DNA of 64,000 nucleotides from a virus (lineage: Duplodnaviria; Caudoviricetes), in the IMG/VR virus record IMGVR_UViG_3300012953_000012, positions 141,565 through 205,564 of that record; one strand, 5' to 3'. Each line of letters begins with the position of its first letter. Positions within the stretch are counted from its first letter, which is position 1. The position numbers and the translations under genes are program-made. Below the pieces are notes generated by a model. The model had not been told where the DNA came from. It was given only the letters and a program-made list of their open reading frames with translations, and ran no database searches. This document shows, in pieces, positions 18,670 through 27,393 of the stretch.

Positions 18670-19167
18670 TTACTTGCCTTCGGAAGCGCGGACCTTGGCA
18701 ACGCTGTTGCGCTTGTCGCCGTTGGCGAAGTCAGCCAACTGGGCGGCGTGGTGGTGAGCCAGGCGGTGGCAGACAGCCACCATCGACTGGCCTGCGAAGG
18801 TCTTGCTGAACTCCTTGGCGGGGGTTTTGCTCCAGGACTTGCGCCCGGTGTAGGGGCACTTGCGAAGGAGGATCCAGGGGCTCTTACGGAAGCAGCCCTG
18901 GACGCGCTGGCGCATCACGCCGTCTTGCTGGCCACCGTCGAGGATGGCACCGAGGCGGGAGCCGACCTTGGAGTAGTTGTGGCCGAAGCCGATCCGGTTG
19001 TCGGCGTGGGTGGACTCGCTGGCCTTCTCAGAGGCCAACTGGCTGGCGTAGATGCGAGCCACGCCGCGCATGGCGGCGAAGTCGCCGCGAGTCATCCAGC
19101 CGAAGGGGGTCTTGACCCGGCGGGTGTCAGCAAGGAGGGCGCGGATGGAGGAAGCAGTGTGGGTCAT
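18670..19167 (-). CDS. Early hypothetical protein
   Basis: Own early motif, leader hairpin and ACGGAG RBS. Confidence 0.75.
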   Translation of the reverse strand: MTHTASSIRALLADTRRVKTPFGWMTRGDFAAMRGVARIYASQLASEKASESTHADNRIGFGHNYSKVGSRLGAILDGGQQDGVMRQRVQGCFRKSPWILLRKCPYTGRKSWSKTPAKEFSKTFAGQSMVAVCHRLAHHHAAQLADFANGDKRNSVAKVRASEGK

Positions 19168-19244
19168 GTAATCTCCGTTGGCTGCATGGCAGCACTGGGG
19201 GAAGGGGAGCAGTCGGAGGGGCCGGGGTGGCTCCCTCTCTCACA

Positions 19245-19274
19245 TACTTACGGAAGCAGCAGACGGTTTTAACG
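19245..19274 (-). promoter_or_regulatory. Early-class promoter CGTTAAAA-N7-CTGCTTCCGTAAGTA
   Basis: One of nine fixed-length 30-bp copies. Confidence 0.8.
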
Positions 19275-19324
19275 GGACGGGATCAAAAAAGATCACGGGC
19301 CGATTTCTCGCTGGGGCAAGACGC

Positions 19325-19388
19325 AAAAAACCCGCCCCCGTGGCAGTCCTGACATCTCTTCCAGAGCAGGACCGCACACGGGGGCGGG
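19325..19388 (-). terminator. Intrinsic terminator
   Basis: 12-bp GC stem followed by T6 on the minus strand. Confidence 0.65.
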
Positions 19389-19405
19389 AGTAAGTCGGGG
19401 CCAGG

Positions 19406-19717
19406 CTACGACCTGGCCTTCTTGATGGCAGCACGGCCAGCCTTCTCGGCCTCGGCCATGCCGTTGGCGAAGCCGCTGGCGAGGAGCACCTGCGGCGGCC
19501 AGCCGCGCCACGCACGACGCTTGTCGTGAGGGCCACGGCGCATGACGCGCCAGGCCACAACGCCTTGCTGCCAGTCTTGCACCGACTCCCCGGAGAGGGG
19601 GCGGGTGTGGATCTCGCTCTCGCTCTTGTCCGCGTGGCGGATCGAGTTGGAGCAGTAGGACTGCCAGTCGGCCAACGCCAGGGCGTTGGCGACGGCGTGG
19701 ATGTCGAGAGTAGGCAT
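19406..19717 (-). CDS. Early hypothetical protein (MPTLDIHA...)
   Basis: TGGAG RBS; strong codon bias. Confidence 0.7.
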   Translation of the reverse strand: MPTLDIHAVANALALADWQSYCSNSIRHADKSESEIHTRPLSGESVQDWQQGVVAWRVMRRGPHDKRRAWRGWPPQVLLASGFANGMAEAEKAGRAAIKKARS

Positions 19718-19809
19718 GGGGTCTCCAGTGGCTCCAGGGGAGCGCGGGGAAGGAGTGGGGAGGTTGGGGGAGGGGGCCTTTGTTTGTCGGTAGGCCCAAA
19801 CCGCCGGGA

Positions 19810-20352
19810 TCACCCGGCGTGGAAGGAAGCGCAGAGCACCTTGCCGTGCTCCATGCCCTCGACCGCAGCGCCAATCTCGATCACCTCAAGGGTGTCGATG
19901 GCGTCGGTCCAGGAGCCGTACTCCCCCTCGGAAGGGGAGCCGTCGTACTTGGACACGAAGCAACGCTGGTCGCTGTCCCAGCGGTCGTAGTCGCTGGGGT
20001 GGACCCGGCGAGCCAGGTCAGCGGTCGGAGCAGCCACGACGAAGCGGCTGTAGGTGTCGTAGCCACCCCGGCAGGTGCGGGTGACTTGCCAGAGGCGCAT
20101 CGGACCTTCGGTCTCGATGTTGGCCTCGCGCTCGGCGGCGGCAGCCTCAGCGGCCTCGGCCTGGGCCAGGGCGCGAGCCTCGTCAGCGGCGTGGTTGGCT
20201 GCCGCAAGGGCAGCGAGGGCGATGCGACGGCCCTCGTGGCGGCGAGAGGCGTTCGCCTGGGTCTGGATGAACAGGGCGTAGCCAGCGTCGGAGTACGGGT
20301 ACTCCATCGCCTTGCGGCGGGTCTCGCCGCGTCGGTGGTTGATGTGGGGCAT
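19810..20352 (-). CDS. Early hypothetical protein (MPHINHRR...)
   Basis: Own early motif, leader hairpin and AAGGAA RBS. Confidence 0.75.
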   Translation of the reverse strand: MPHINHRRGETRRKAMEYPYSDAGYALFIQTQANASRRHEGRRIALAALAAANHAADEARALAQAEAAEAAAAEREANIETEGPMRLWQVTRTCRGGYDTYSRFVVAAPTADLARRVHPSDYDRWDSDQRCFVSKYDGSPSEGEYGSWTDAIDTLEVIEIGAAVEGMEHGKVLCASFHAG

Positions 20353-20539
20353 GGTGTTCCTTTGGCAGCGTGGCTGCACTGGGGGTTGGAAGGGGACGGG
20401 CCTTTCACCCGGACGCCACTGTGTCGCGTGGTCCGCCTCGGCTCTTATATCCCTCGTGGCCTGCTACTAAGTCGAGGTGAACTCGCGGGCCGGGAGTGAC
20501 CGTTTCCCCCCGTGGGGTCAAGGCGTCTTCCCTTGTGCT

Positions 20540-20569
20540 TACTTACGGAAGCAGCGGCCCGGTTTAACG
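20540..20569 (-). promoter_or_regulatory. Early-class promoter
   Basis: CGTTAAACCGGGCCGCTGCTTCCGTAAGTA. Confidence 0.8.
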
Positions 20570-20580
20570 GCCAGGCCACA

Positions 20581-20627
20581 AAAAAAGTGAAAGACCCCCT
20601 GCGCCGCGCTTTGCGGAACAGGGGGTC
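20581..20627 (-). terminator. Intrinsic terminator
   Basis: GACCCCCTG/CAGGGGGTC stem followed by a T-rich tail on the minus strand. Confidence 0.55.
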
Positions 20628-20785
20628 AGCATCACACACGCTTCTCCGGGGTCGGTAGTCCGTGCCTCGGCGCGGGGAGCGATGCAGTCAGTGTTGTCGT
20701 GTCTTCCAATCAGCCGGAACCTCCTACCGTGGCGCTACTACGGAGAAGGGTCGTACAACCACCTCGCTCGACGGCGAGGGGTTCA

Positions 20786-20998
20786 TCACTCTTCGGCGGC
20801 GATAGCCATCAGGCTATCGTTCACAGCCTCGACCTCGGCCACCAACTCCCAGAGTTCGCTGACATTGAGCAGCGAAACTCCGAGGAGCCAGTTCCGGGGT
20901 CGCAGGCTACCGAAGACGTCCTTGTGCAGTTCCAGGTAGTGAAACACCGCCCAGTGAAGGCGGTATCTCGCGTCCCAGGTGCGAACATCGAAGGTGAT
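20786..20998 (-). CDS. Early hypothetical protein, candidate ATC start
   Basis: TGGAG-N6-ATC; no in-frame ATG near the start; coding-like composition. Confidence 0.55.
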   Translation of the reverse strand: MTFDVRTWDARYRLHWAVFHYLELHKDVFGSLRPRNWLLGVSLLNVSELWELVAEVEAVNDSLMAIAAEE

Positions 20999-21316
20999 GC
21001 GAAACTCCAGGTTGGGGTTGATGGGGAAGGGTGGACAAAGTGGTGAGGGACGTGAGAGGTCAAGCGCCACCCGGCCCCTCGTGGGGACCGGATGACGCGA
21101 CCCTTCTTCACTCCCATGTGAAGTGTGGCCCGTCAGGGTGGGCCAGTCCCTTCTGCGCCTTGTCGCATTTCGCAGTCGCGTCCCCGTGTGGTGGGATGAA
21201 ACCCCGCAGTTTCGCTCGCAGGTCGCGCTGTCGGTCACGTCGTGAGCACGTCCAGTTTAGCGCCATTGGGAAGGGCGTCCCTCCCCCCCCCGAAGGGGGA
21301 AGGGAAGGGGTTGAGC

Positions 21317-22111
21317 CTACGCAGCCACGGTGTCGAGGATGTTGGCGACCACCGTGGGGTCCACAGTGATGCCAGCGGCATCGGAAGCCGACACAGCCTC
21401 AGCGCCGAGGTTCAGGACAAAGTCCGTACCGGGCTCCAGGCAGTAGGAAACGTAGCGGCGGCTGGGGAGGAGGCGGGTGATGATCCGCTTCGCGACCGTC
21501 TTGCCGCCGCTCTTGCTCTGGGGGCGGGCGTACTGGGCAGCCTCGATGACCTTGCGGCCCACGCGGAGGCCCTGGACGTAGATGGTGCCAGGGGTGCTCG
21601 CGGGAGCCTCGTTGGGGTCAGCGGGGCCGACGTAGACGCGGTAGCCCTTGAGGGCCTTGCCGTCCACGACCAGGGGCTCGTAGACATGGTCGGTCGTGCT
21701 GGTGTTGGTGCCAGCGATGGACTTCGCGGTGCTGGCGATCATGTCGGCCAGGGCAGCGTCAAAGTCCGCACGGGTCACAGCCACCTGCGTGGCGTTCTTG
21801 CCGCGACCGCTCCAGGCCATGTGGCCGTCAGCGACCATGGCGTCGAGGTCAGCGCCGGTCAGCGCGTCGAGGATGACAGCATCCTTGCGCTTGAGGGCGG
21901 TGTAGGACCGTCCAGCGACGAACGTGTCGCGGACCGTGTCGTTGCCCATCTGCACCTTCTTGCCACCGCGCTTTTCGCCGGGGGCGAGGCGGGTGACACC
22001 CTTGAGGGTGGTGACGACGGACATGAAGGAAGCGCCCTGGGCGCTACGGCTGCCAGCGACGGCAGCGGCGAGGGTGGAGGAGTTGGCGTTGGTCTTGGTT
22101 GCGGTGGTCAT
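21317..22111 (-). CDS. Early hypothetical protein (MTTATKTNAN...)
   Basis: Own early motif, leader hairpin and AAGGAA RBS; very strong codon bias. Confidence 0.8.
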   Translation of the reverse strand: MTTATKTNANSSTLAAAVAGSRSAQGASFMSVVTTLKGVTRLAPGEKRGGKKVQMGNDTVRDTFVAGRSYTALKRKDAVILDALTGADLDAMVADGHMAWSGRGKNATQVAVTRADFDAALADMIASTAKSIAGTNTSTTDHVYEPLVVDGKALKGYRVYVGPADPNEAPASTPGTIYVQGLRVGRKVIEAAQYARPQSKSGGKTVAKRIITRLLPSRRYVSYCLEPGTDFVLNLGAEAVSASDAAGITVDPTVVANILDTVAA

Positions 22112-22183
22112 GATGATGTTCCTTTGGCCCCTGTGGGGCACTGGGTCTGGGAGCGGAGAGCAGCAGTGTGCCGCCCTCTCACA

Positions 22184-22213
22184 TACTTACGGAAGCAGGA
22201 GGGAGTTTTAACG
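22184..22213 (-). promoter_or_regulatory. Early-class promoter
   Basis: CGTTAAAACTCCCTCCTGCTTCCGTAAGTA. Confidence 0.8.
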
Positions 22214-22237
22214 AGACAGGGTGAAAGTTTTTTCGGA

Positions 22238-22278
22238 GATCGCTGAAAACCCCCACAGTGAAGGGGTTTTCAGCGATC
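22238..22278. terminator. Long inverted repeat / terminator
   Basis: 16-bp stem GATCGCTGAAAACCCC/GGGGTTTTCAGCGATC right after the stop at 22282. Confidence 0.65.
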
Positions 22279-22281
22279 CGA

Positions 22282-22587
22282 CTACTTGAGCATCCGGGAG
22301 GGGCAGATCACGACATCGCCTACGATGTCTCCCTCAGGGCCGAAGGCTGCTGAGGCGACCACGTTCTTCGGGAGGCCGTGGAGTCGGCCTTCCTCGTTCA
22401 TGATCATGATCCGCTTGATCTCGCGGCTCTTGGTCTTGGGCATCGGGTAGGTCTGGATGTAGCCTCCCACGGCCTTCTGCAACTCTTTGAGTCCGAAGTG
22501 CTTGCCGCTCTCGGGGTGGATGGGGGTCACCTTGCCATCGGAGGTGATCAGGACAGGTTGGTGCGGGTCGAAGGTGGAAGTAGAGAT
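22282..22587 (-). CDS. DUF3846-like protein, candidate ATC start
   Basis: LKELQKAVGGYIQ, MNEEGRLHGLPKN, IVGDVVIC; AAGGAGG-N5-ATC (alternative GTG at 22656). Confidence 0.75.
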   Translation of the reverse strand: MSTSTFDPHQPVLITSDGKVTPIHPESGKHFGLKELQKAVGGYIQTYPMPKTKSREIKRIMIMNEEGRLHGLPKNVVASAAFGPEGDIVGDVVICPSRMLK

Positions 22588-22652
22588 AGGAGCCTCCTTG
22601 GAAAGGCAGACCCCACCTCTCCAGGAGAGGCGGGGTCGTAGGGTTGGGGGGA

Positions 22653-23123
22653 TCACTGAGCAGGCTTGAAGCCTACGCGCGGGGTCGGTTCATCAAGCAC
22701 GACGTACTGGAGGATCTCTTCGGCGTTGCCGTCCTGGAGCCTCTCCATTTCGGCGGTCAAGAGATCGTTGATGTCGGGGCGCGTCCGAACGGTGGTGACA
22801 GTGCGGAAGTACTTGTCGAAGTCAGGGCCGAGATCCTTGCGGGCCTTCGACCAGTCAGCGCCCTTCAGAGCCTCGTAGCGGGTCTCAGGGAACGTGACGG
22901 ACACGCGCCCGTTGGACACCTGGTAGGCAACGTGGCCCGCTCCAGGCTCCCGCTCGGTACGGGCGAGGTCTCGGAGCAACCCTTTGAGGGGTTCCAGAGC
23001 GTCCTGGGCCTGTCGAACGTGGCGAGCCAGTTCGACAGCGACTTCAGACAGGGAATCAGCACTGCCGCCTCGCTTGGCAAGGTCAGCGGCGTCGTCGAGT
23101 AGTTGGTTGAATGGGGTAGTCAT
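22653..23123 (-). CDS. Early hypothetical protein (MTTPFNQLL...)
   Basis: Leader hairpin and GGAG RBS. Confidence 0.7.
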   Translation of the reverse strand: MTTPFNQLLDDAADLAKRGGSADSLSEVAVELARHVRQAQDALEPLKGLLRDLARTEREPGAGHVAYQVSNGRVSVTFPETRYEALKGADWSKARKDLGPDFDKYFRTVTTVRTRPDINDLLTAEMERLQDGNAEEILQYVVLDEPTPRVGFKPAQ

Positions 23124-23201
23124 GGGGTCTCCGGCGGCTGGGCCGCAACAGGTGACCACAGAGGGTGCGGCAACCCGCACCCCCGTGGCGGGGGGTGGGG
23201 G

Positions 23202-24020
23202 TTACTGGGCGAAGCACTCAGGGTGGAACACACCACCACCGTCCTCAGCGGGGCGGTAGTGGGCAGTCGATCCAGCCGGGATCGTCTTGCCGCAAGAGTG
23301 ACAAGGGCAGGCGAAGGGGACCGTGACTCCTGTCGGGGTCACAGGGACCTCCACCGTGTCTTCGGCAGCAGAGAGGCCCGCAGCCAGGACGAGTTCAGTC
23401 TTCGCGTCGAGCGCCGCAGCGACCTCAGCGAAGTCCGCCATGCCAGCCTGCTGACACAAGCCAGCGAGCGGGCAGGTGCGGCACTGATCGGAGCGGGAAG
23501 ACCACGCACCGAAGCACCGGGTCTGCTCGGCAGCCATGCGCCGCAAGCCCATGTCGGCAGCCTCGTAGCCGACGCTGTTCACAGCATCGGCCTGAGGGGT
23601 GAAGGACACGCCGTCCTTCGTGACCACGTTGACGGCCACAGGAGCGGCCACAGGAGCCTTCGCAGGCTCCTTCGGGGTCTGGACAGGCATCTCGGCCACA
23701 GGGGCCTCAGGAGCGGCCACAGGGGCCTCCACAGGCCCGGAGAGGGCGTAGTAGCCCCGGCGGGGGCAGGTGATCGCGCCTTCGGCCTTCAACTTGCCAG
23801 CGGCGAGGGTGACGGCACGCATCCCGCGAGGGTAGGGCTTCCCCCTCTTGGTCATGTTGCCCCAGGTGTCCCAGCCGGGGAAGGACGGCTGGATCTCACA
23901 CCAGTTCAGGACGGAGGCGAATCGAATCTCGCCACCACACGGGGCGAGTGCTGTAAGGGCGGCGATGACGACGCCCTTCCAGGCGTCGGCGTTGTGGGTC
24001 GTGGGGAAAGTGAAGGACAT
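23202..24020 (-). CDS. Early protein with putative N-terminal winged helix and two Cys/His metal clusters
   Basis: RRGYYAL, CRTCPLAGLC, CHSCG...HPEC. Confidence 0.7.
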   Translation of the reverse strand: MSFTFPTTHNADAWKGVVIAALTALAPCGGEIRFASVLNWCEIQPSFPGWDTWGNMTKRGKPYPRGMRAVTLAAGKLKAEGAITCPRRGYYALSGPVEAPVAAPEAPVAEMPVQTPKEPAKAPVAAPVAVNVVTKDGVSFTPQADAVNSVGYEAADMGLRRMAAEQTRCFGAWSSRSDQCRTCPLAGLCQQAGMADFAEVAAALDAKTELVLAAGLSAAEDTVEVPVTPTGVTVPFACPCHSCGKTIPAGSTAHYRPAEDGGGVFHPECFAQ

Positions 24021-24085
24021 GAGGTATCTCCGTTGGCCCGAGGCGGGCACTGGGTTGGGAGTGGTTGGGAGTGGTTGGGTTCAGG

Positions 24086-24115
24086 TACTTACGGGAGCAG
24101 GAGGCAAGATTAACG
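24086..24115 (-). promoter_or_regulatory. Early-class promoter
   Basis: CGTTAATCTTGCCTCCTGCTCCCGTAAGTA. Confidence 0.8.
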
Positions 24116-24150
24116 CCCACGGGGTCACTTTTTTCAGTGACCCCGTGGGC
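24115..24150. terminator. 15-bp inverted repeat downstream of the AAA+ gene
   Basis: GCCCACGGGGTCACT-N6-AGTGACCCCGTGGGC. Confidence 0.6.
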
Positions 24151-24157
24151 GTCGGGT

Positions 24158-25363
24158 CTACAGGTCCTCGTCAGCGAACACGCCACCAGTGACGTGAGCG
24201 TCGATCAGGGACTTGGCGATCAGCCGGTTGTCGGGGTCGAGCCGGTCAAGCCAGGCCCGGAAGCCCTTCTTGAGCAGACCCTTCGGCGGGGTGCCCTTCC
24301 CGAACCACAGGAGATCATCACACTCGGCAAGGATCTCGCAGAGTCCCCGGTGAGTGAGGTCAGCCTCCAGGTCCACCGTGGACTCGCCACGGATCGCGTT
24401 GCGGATCGCCACGGTAGCAGCCCCCAACTCATCGAAGACCAGGGGAGCCTTCGCAGCGAGGTCAGCAAACTTGCCTCGCAGGATGGCACCCTCGTCCTTC
24501 CAGTCGAGGTATTCGGCCTCCACGAAGCGGCCCATGCGGTCAAGCAGGGACGCATCCATGACCCGAGAGGACATGCGACCGTCCACGTCACCGGTCCCGC
24601 AGGAGTTCGCCGTGAAGGCGAAGCGGGTGCCGGGGAACAGGGTGTGAACCTGACCCGTGGGGCCGACGAGCCGCTTGCTGGTGGTGTCCAGCATCAGCCG
24701 GAACTCTTCCAACTGCTCAGGCGTGCCACGGTCCACGTCGCTGAAACAGATCAACGCGGGGTGGCGGCTGCCGTCTGCGGCCTGGATGCCGTGGATCAGC
24801 GCGTCCCAGAGGATGCCGTAGGACCAGGAGGTCCCGTTGGCACCGATCTCGCGGCTGTAAAACCACCGCTTCACGTCGGTGCCCGACGTGAACGTGTAGA
24901 TCAGGCTCGGAGTGCGCGTGTCGGCGCAGAAGGCCGAGATCGCGGCGTCCTTACCGGTGCCCGAGGGACCCCAGTAAAAGACAGGGTGGCCACGACGCAG
25001 CGCCAGGACGACCCGGCGGGTGCGCTCCAGCGCCTTCCCGCAGGAGGGCCACTGGTAGCCTTCGGGCTTCGGAAGGCACTGGCCCTCCGCGATGGCCACG
25101 TTGACAGGGGCCTTGACGCCCATCATGTCGTGACTGAGGGTGGCGAGAGCCGGGGCCGGGGATCGGCGCTGACCCTTGCGCTTGTCCTTCACACCCTGGA
25201 TCAGGGCGTGGCTGACAGTGGCAGCACCGGGGTGAGCGGAGAGGTAGTCGGCCACCGAGAGGCCGTGGGCCTCACGAAGGTGGTCGAGGAGGGAGTGTGA
25301 CTTGTGGCCACAGCCAGGGACCTGGCAGACGACGCGGTCGTCAACGAGTTTCAAAGCAGTCAT
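24158..25363 (-). CDS. MoxR/CbbQ/CobS-type AAA+ ATPase with N-terminal C2H2-like zinc finger
   Basis: GPSGTGKD (Walker A), atypical Walker B FSDVDRG, FTANS, MDASLLDRM; CQVPGCGHKSHSLLDHLREAH. Confidence 0.85.
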   Translation of the reverse strand: MTALKLVDDRVVCQVPGCGHKSHSLLDHLREAHGLSVADYLSAHPGAATVSHALIQGVKDKRKGQRRSPAPALATLSHDMMGVKAPVNVAIAEGQCLPKPEGYQWPSCGKALERTRRVVLALRRGHPVFYWGPSGTGKDAAISAFCADTRTPSLIYTFTSGTDVKRWFYSREIGANGTSWSYGILWDALIHGIQAADGSRHPALICFSDVDRGTPEQLEEFRLMLDTTSKRLVGPTGQVHTLFPGTRFAFTANSCGTGDVDGRMSSRVMDASLLDRMGRFVEAEYLDWKDEGAILRGKFADLAAKAPLVFDELGAATVAIRNAIRGESTVDLEADLTHRGLCEILAECDDLLWFGKGTPPKGLLKKGFRAWLDRLDPDNRLIAKSLIDAHVTGGVFADEDL

Positions 25364-25422
25364 GGTAGTGTTCCTTTGGCCGCTCAGTGCGGCTCTGGGG
25401 GATGGAGGGAAATGCTCTCAGG

Positions 25423-25452
25423 TACTTACGGAAGCAGGGGACGGTTTTAACG
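25423..25452 (-). promoter_or_regulatory. Early-class promoter
   Basis: CGTTAAAACCGTCCCCTGCTTCCGTAAGTA. Confidence 0.8.
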
Positions 25453-25472
25453 CCGCCCCCCTGAAAAAAGTC

Positions 25473-25856
25473 TCAAAGGCCGAACATCTCGGCCATGTCG
25501 CGGAGCAGGAGGTACTCGTTGCGACGTGCGGTGATGTACCGCTGCCCCACAGCAACGATGTGCTTGCAGGGACGACCGTTGCGGCCAAAGTCCTTGCAGG
25601 TGCAGGACATGGACCGGGTACGGCCTCGGACAGGACCGGCGATGACGACGGTGTAGACCTTGTCGGACGTGGCCGACTCGACGGTGGCCCGGATGGCTCC
25701 TGTCTTCTTGCTCTCGGTCGCCTTGACGATGGCGACAGTAGCGGCTCGCTCGGTGCGGCGACCGCAGGCACCGTCCAGCATGATGCGGACGGCCTTGCCA
25801 CGCTCAACGAGCGTGGCCTTGCGCTGCTCAATGTCAGCGGTGGTGATGGTGTTCAT
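25473..25856 (-). CDS. SWIM zinc-finger protein
   Basis: SCTCKDFGRNGRPCKHIVAV. Confidence 0.8.
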   Translation of the reverse strand: MNTITTADIEQRKATLVERGKAVRIMLDGACGRRTERAATVAIVKATESKKTGAIRATVESATSDKVYTVVIAGPVRGRTRSMSCTCKDFGRNGRPCKHIVAVGQRYITARRNEYLLLRDMAEMFGL

Positions 25857-25880
25857 GGGGTGCTCCAGAAGGGGTTCATG

Positions 25881-25910
25881 GTCTTACGGGAGCAGGGGGA
25901 GGTTTTAACG
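25881..25910 (-). promoter_or_regulatory. Early-class promoter
   Basis: CGTTAAAACCTCCCCCTGCTCCCGTAAGAC. Confidence 0.78.
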
Positions 25911-25946
25911 GCCTGTGGGTCAACTTTTTCGTGATCCCACGAACGG

Positions 25947-25980
25947 CACCAACCTCCTCTCGTAAGAGAGGAGGTTGGTG
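25947..25980. repeat. Perfect 15-bp inverted repeat with GTAA loop at the early divergence point
   Basis: CACCAACCTCCTCTC-GTAA-GAGAGGAGGTTGGTG. Confidence 0.85.
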
Positions 25981-26080
25981 AATCCGACGAGATTCACTGT
26001 TGTTCGGTGAGATCACGGCACGGGGTCACTGTTGCACAACGGCGTGGTGTGGGTGGTTTTCATCTTTTTCAGGGGGGTCC

Positions 26081-26110
26081 CGTTAAAACATGCGGCTGCT
26101 TCCGTAAGTA
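26081..26110 (+). promoter_or_regulatory. Early-class promoter
   Basis: CGTTAAAACATGCGGCTGCTTCCGTAAGTA. Confidence 0.8.
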
Positions 26111-26170
26111 CCTGACACCAATCACCCACCACTTCACCCTGCGCCGCGACGAGCGGCCATCGGAGAGACC

Positions 26171-27289
26171 ATGCCTACGAAGCAAGCCGCCCCACGGGGC
26201 ACGACGACCCTCAGTGGTCGCAAGTGGATCGGAGCCGCCCAGGCTTCGGTCGATTCAATCCTGGGGGATGCGTCCCCCAAAGTCTCCAGCCGTGGAGGCT
26301 CGTTCTTCAACGTCAACCGCTGGACCGCCCGGATCCTGTTCGGTCGGCTGACCGAGAGCATCAAGTACGGCAACGAGATGGACGAGACCACCGTCCGCAA
26401 CGGTCTCGACCTGGCCAACGGCACCAAGGTGCCCAAGCGCGAGATCGTGATCGCTGCGGTTCCTGACCGCATCCCGCCCTGGCTGGCACGGTCCTCCGTT
26501 GGAGGCCGCTACCACGAGGCGTGGCATGATCTCTACTCGTGTACGCGGGACCTGACCTTCGACGAGGTCAACGGGCCGCTGATGGCTCGCTGGGATCTGC
26601 TCGACGACTGGGGTCCTTTCGTTGGCGCTGTCCTCACCTGGGGCAACGTGATCGAGGACATCCGCATCGAGCGTCACGGCTGCCGGGAGTTTCCCGGCTC
26701 CCAGGACAAGATGGAAGACCTCCAGGACTTGATCCTGGTCATGGAGTCCGAGGGCCGGACGGCTGCGGAGCACCGTGGTCTGCCTACCAACGACGACATG
26801 GCTGTGGTCATGGGCGCGTTCCGTGATCTCGGTCTGGGCTACCAGACTGAGAAGCAGGAGGCCGCGCTCGCTGGCTACCAGAAGCGGTCGCCCGCTGGCT
26901 GGCGGCTCGTCACTGAGGGACCGTTGAAGCCTCTCCTGGACCGTGCCATCACCATGGGCCGGGACGATGACCTGGGTCACTGGTGGCTCGCCATGGAGGT
27001 CGTGGCTGTGCTGGCATCCCTCGGGAAGCAGACTCAGCAGCAGCCTCCACCCCCTGGCGGCGAAGGCGACGAAAGCCAGCCCCCGCCTCCCGGACCTCCG
27101 AGTGATTGTGACGACTCGGATGGTGAGAGCGGCAAGGGCAAGCCTCCCCGGTTCCCCCTGTTCAAGGTGGGTGATCGTGCGAAGGCGAAGCGTGGAGCCT
27201 ACGCGGGCAAGATCGTCGAGGTGACCTTCGCTGGTCCTCCCGACGAGGAAGGCCGCCAGAGCCTCAAGTTTGCCGTCGTCGAAGATTGA
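26171..27289 (+). CDS. CobT-N-like protein with HExxH motif
   Basis: YHEAWH...NVIEDIRIER, as in N-terminal domains of phage vWA/CobT-like proteins; Pro-rich tail. Confidence 0.7.
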   Translation: MPTKQAAPRGTTTLSGRKWIGAAQASVDSILGDASPKVSSRGGSFFNVNRWTARILFGRLTESIKYGNEMDETTVRNGLDLANGTKVPKREIVIAAVPDRIPPWLARSSVGGRYHEAWHDLYSCTRDLTFDEVNGPLMARWDLLDDWGPFVGAVLTWGNVIEDIRIERHGCREFPGSQDKMEDLQDLILVMESEGRTAAEHRGLPTNDDMAVVMGAFRDLGLGYQTEKQEAALAGYQKRSPAGWRLVTEGPLKPLLDRAITMGRDDDLGHWWLAMEVVAVLASLGKQTQQQPPPPGGEGDESQPPPPGPPSDCDDSDGESGKGKPPRFPLFKVGDRAKAKRGAYAGKIVEVTFAGPPDEEGRQSLKFAVVED

Positions 27290-27308
27290 GACTTTTCGGG
27301 CCGGTGGC

Positions 27309-27338
27309 CGTTAAAACGGTCGCCGGTTTCCGTAAGTA
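27309..27338 (+). promoter_or_regulatory. Early-class promoter
   Basis: CGTTAAAACGGTCGCCGGTTTCCGTAAGTA. Confidence 0.75.
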
Positions 27339-27393
27339 TGTGAACCCCTTCCCCCTACCCCCAGACGCCCATCGAGGGCGCACAGGAGATCCC

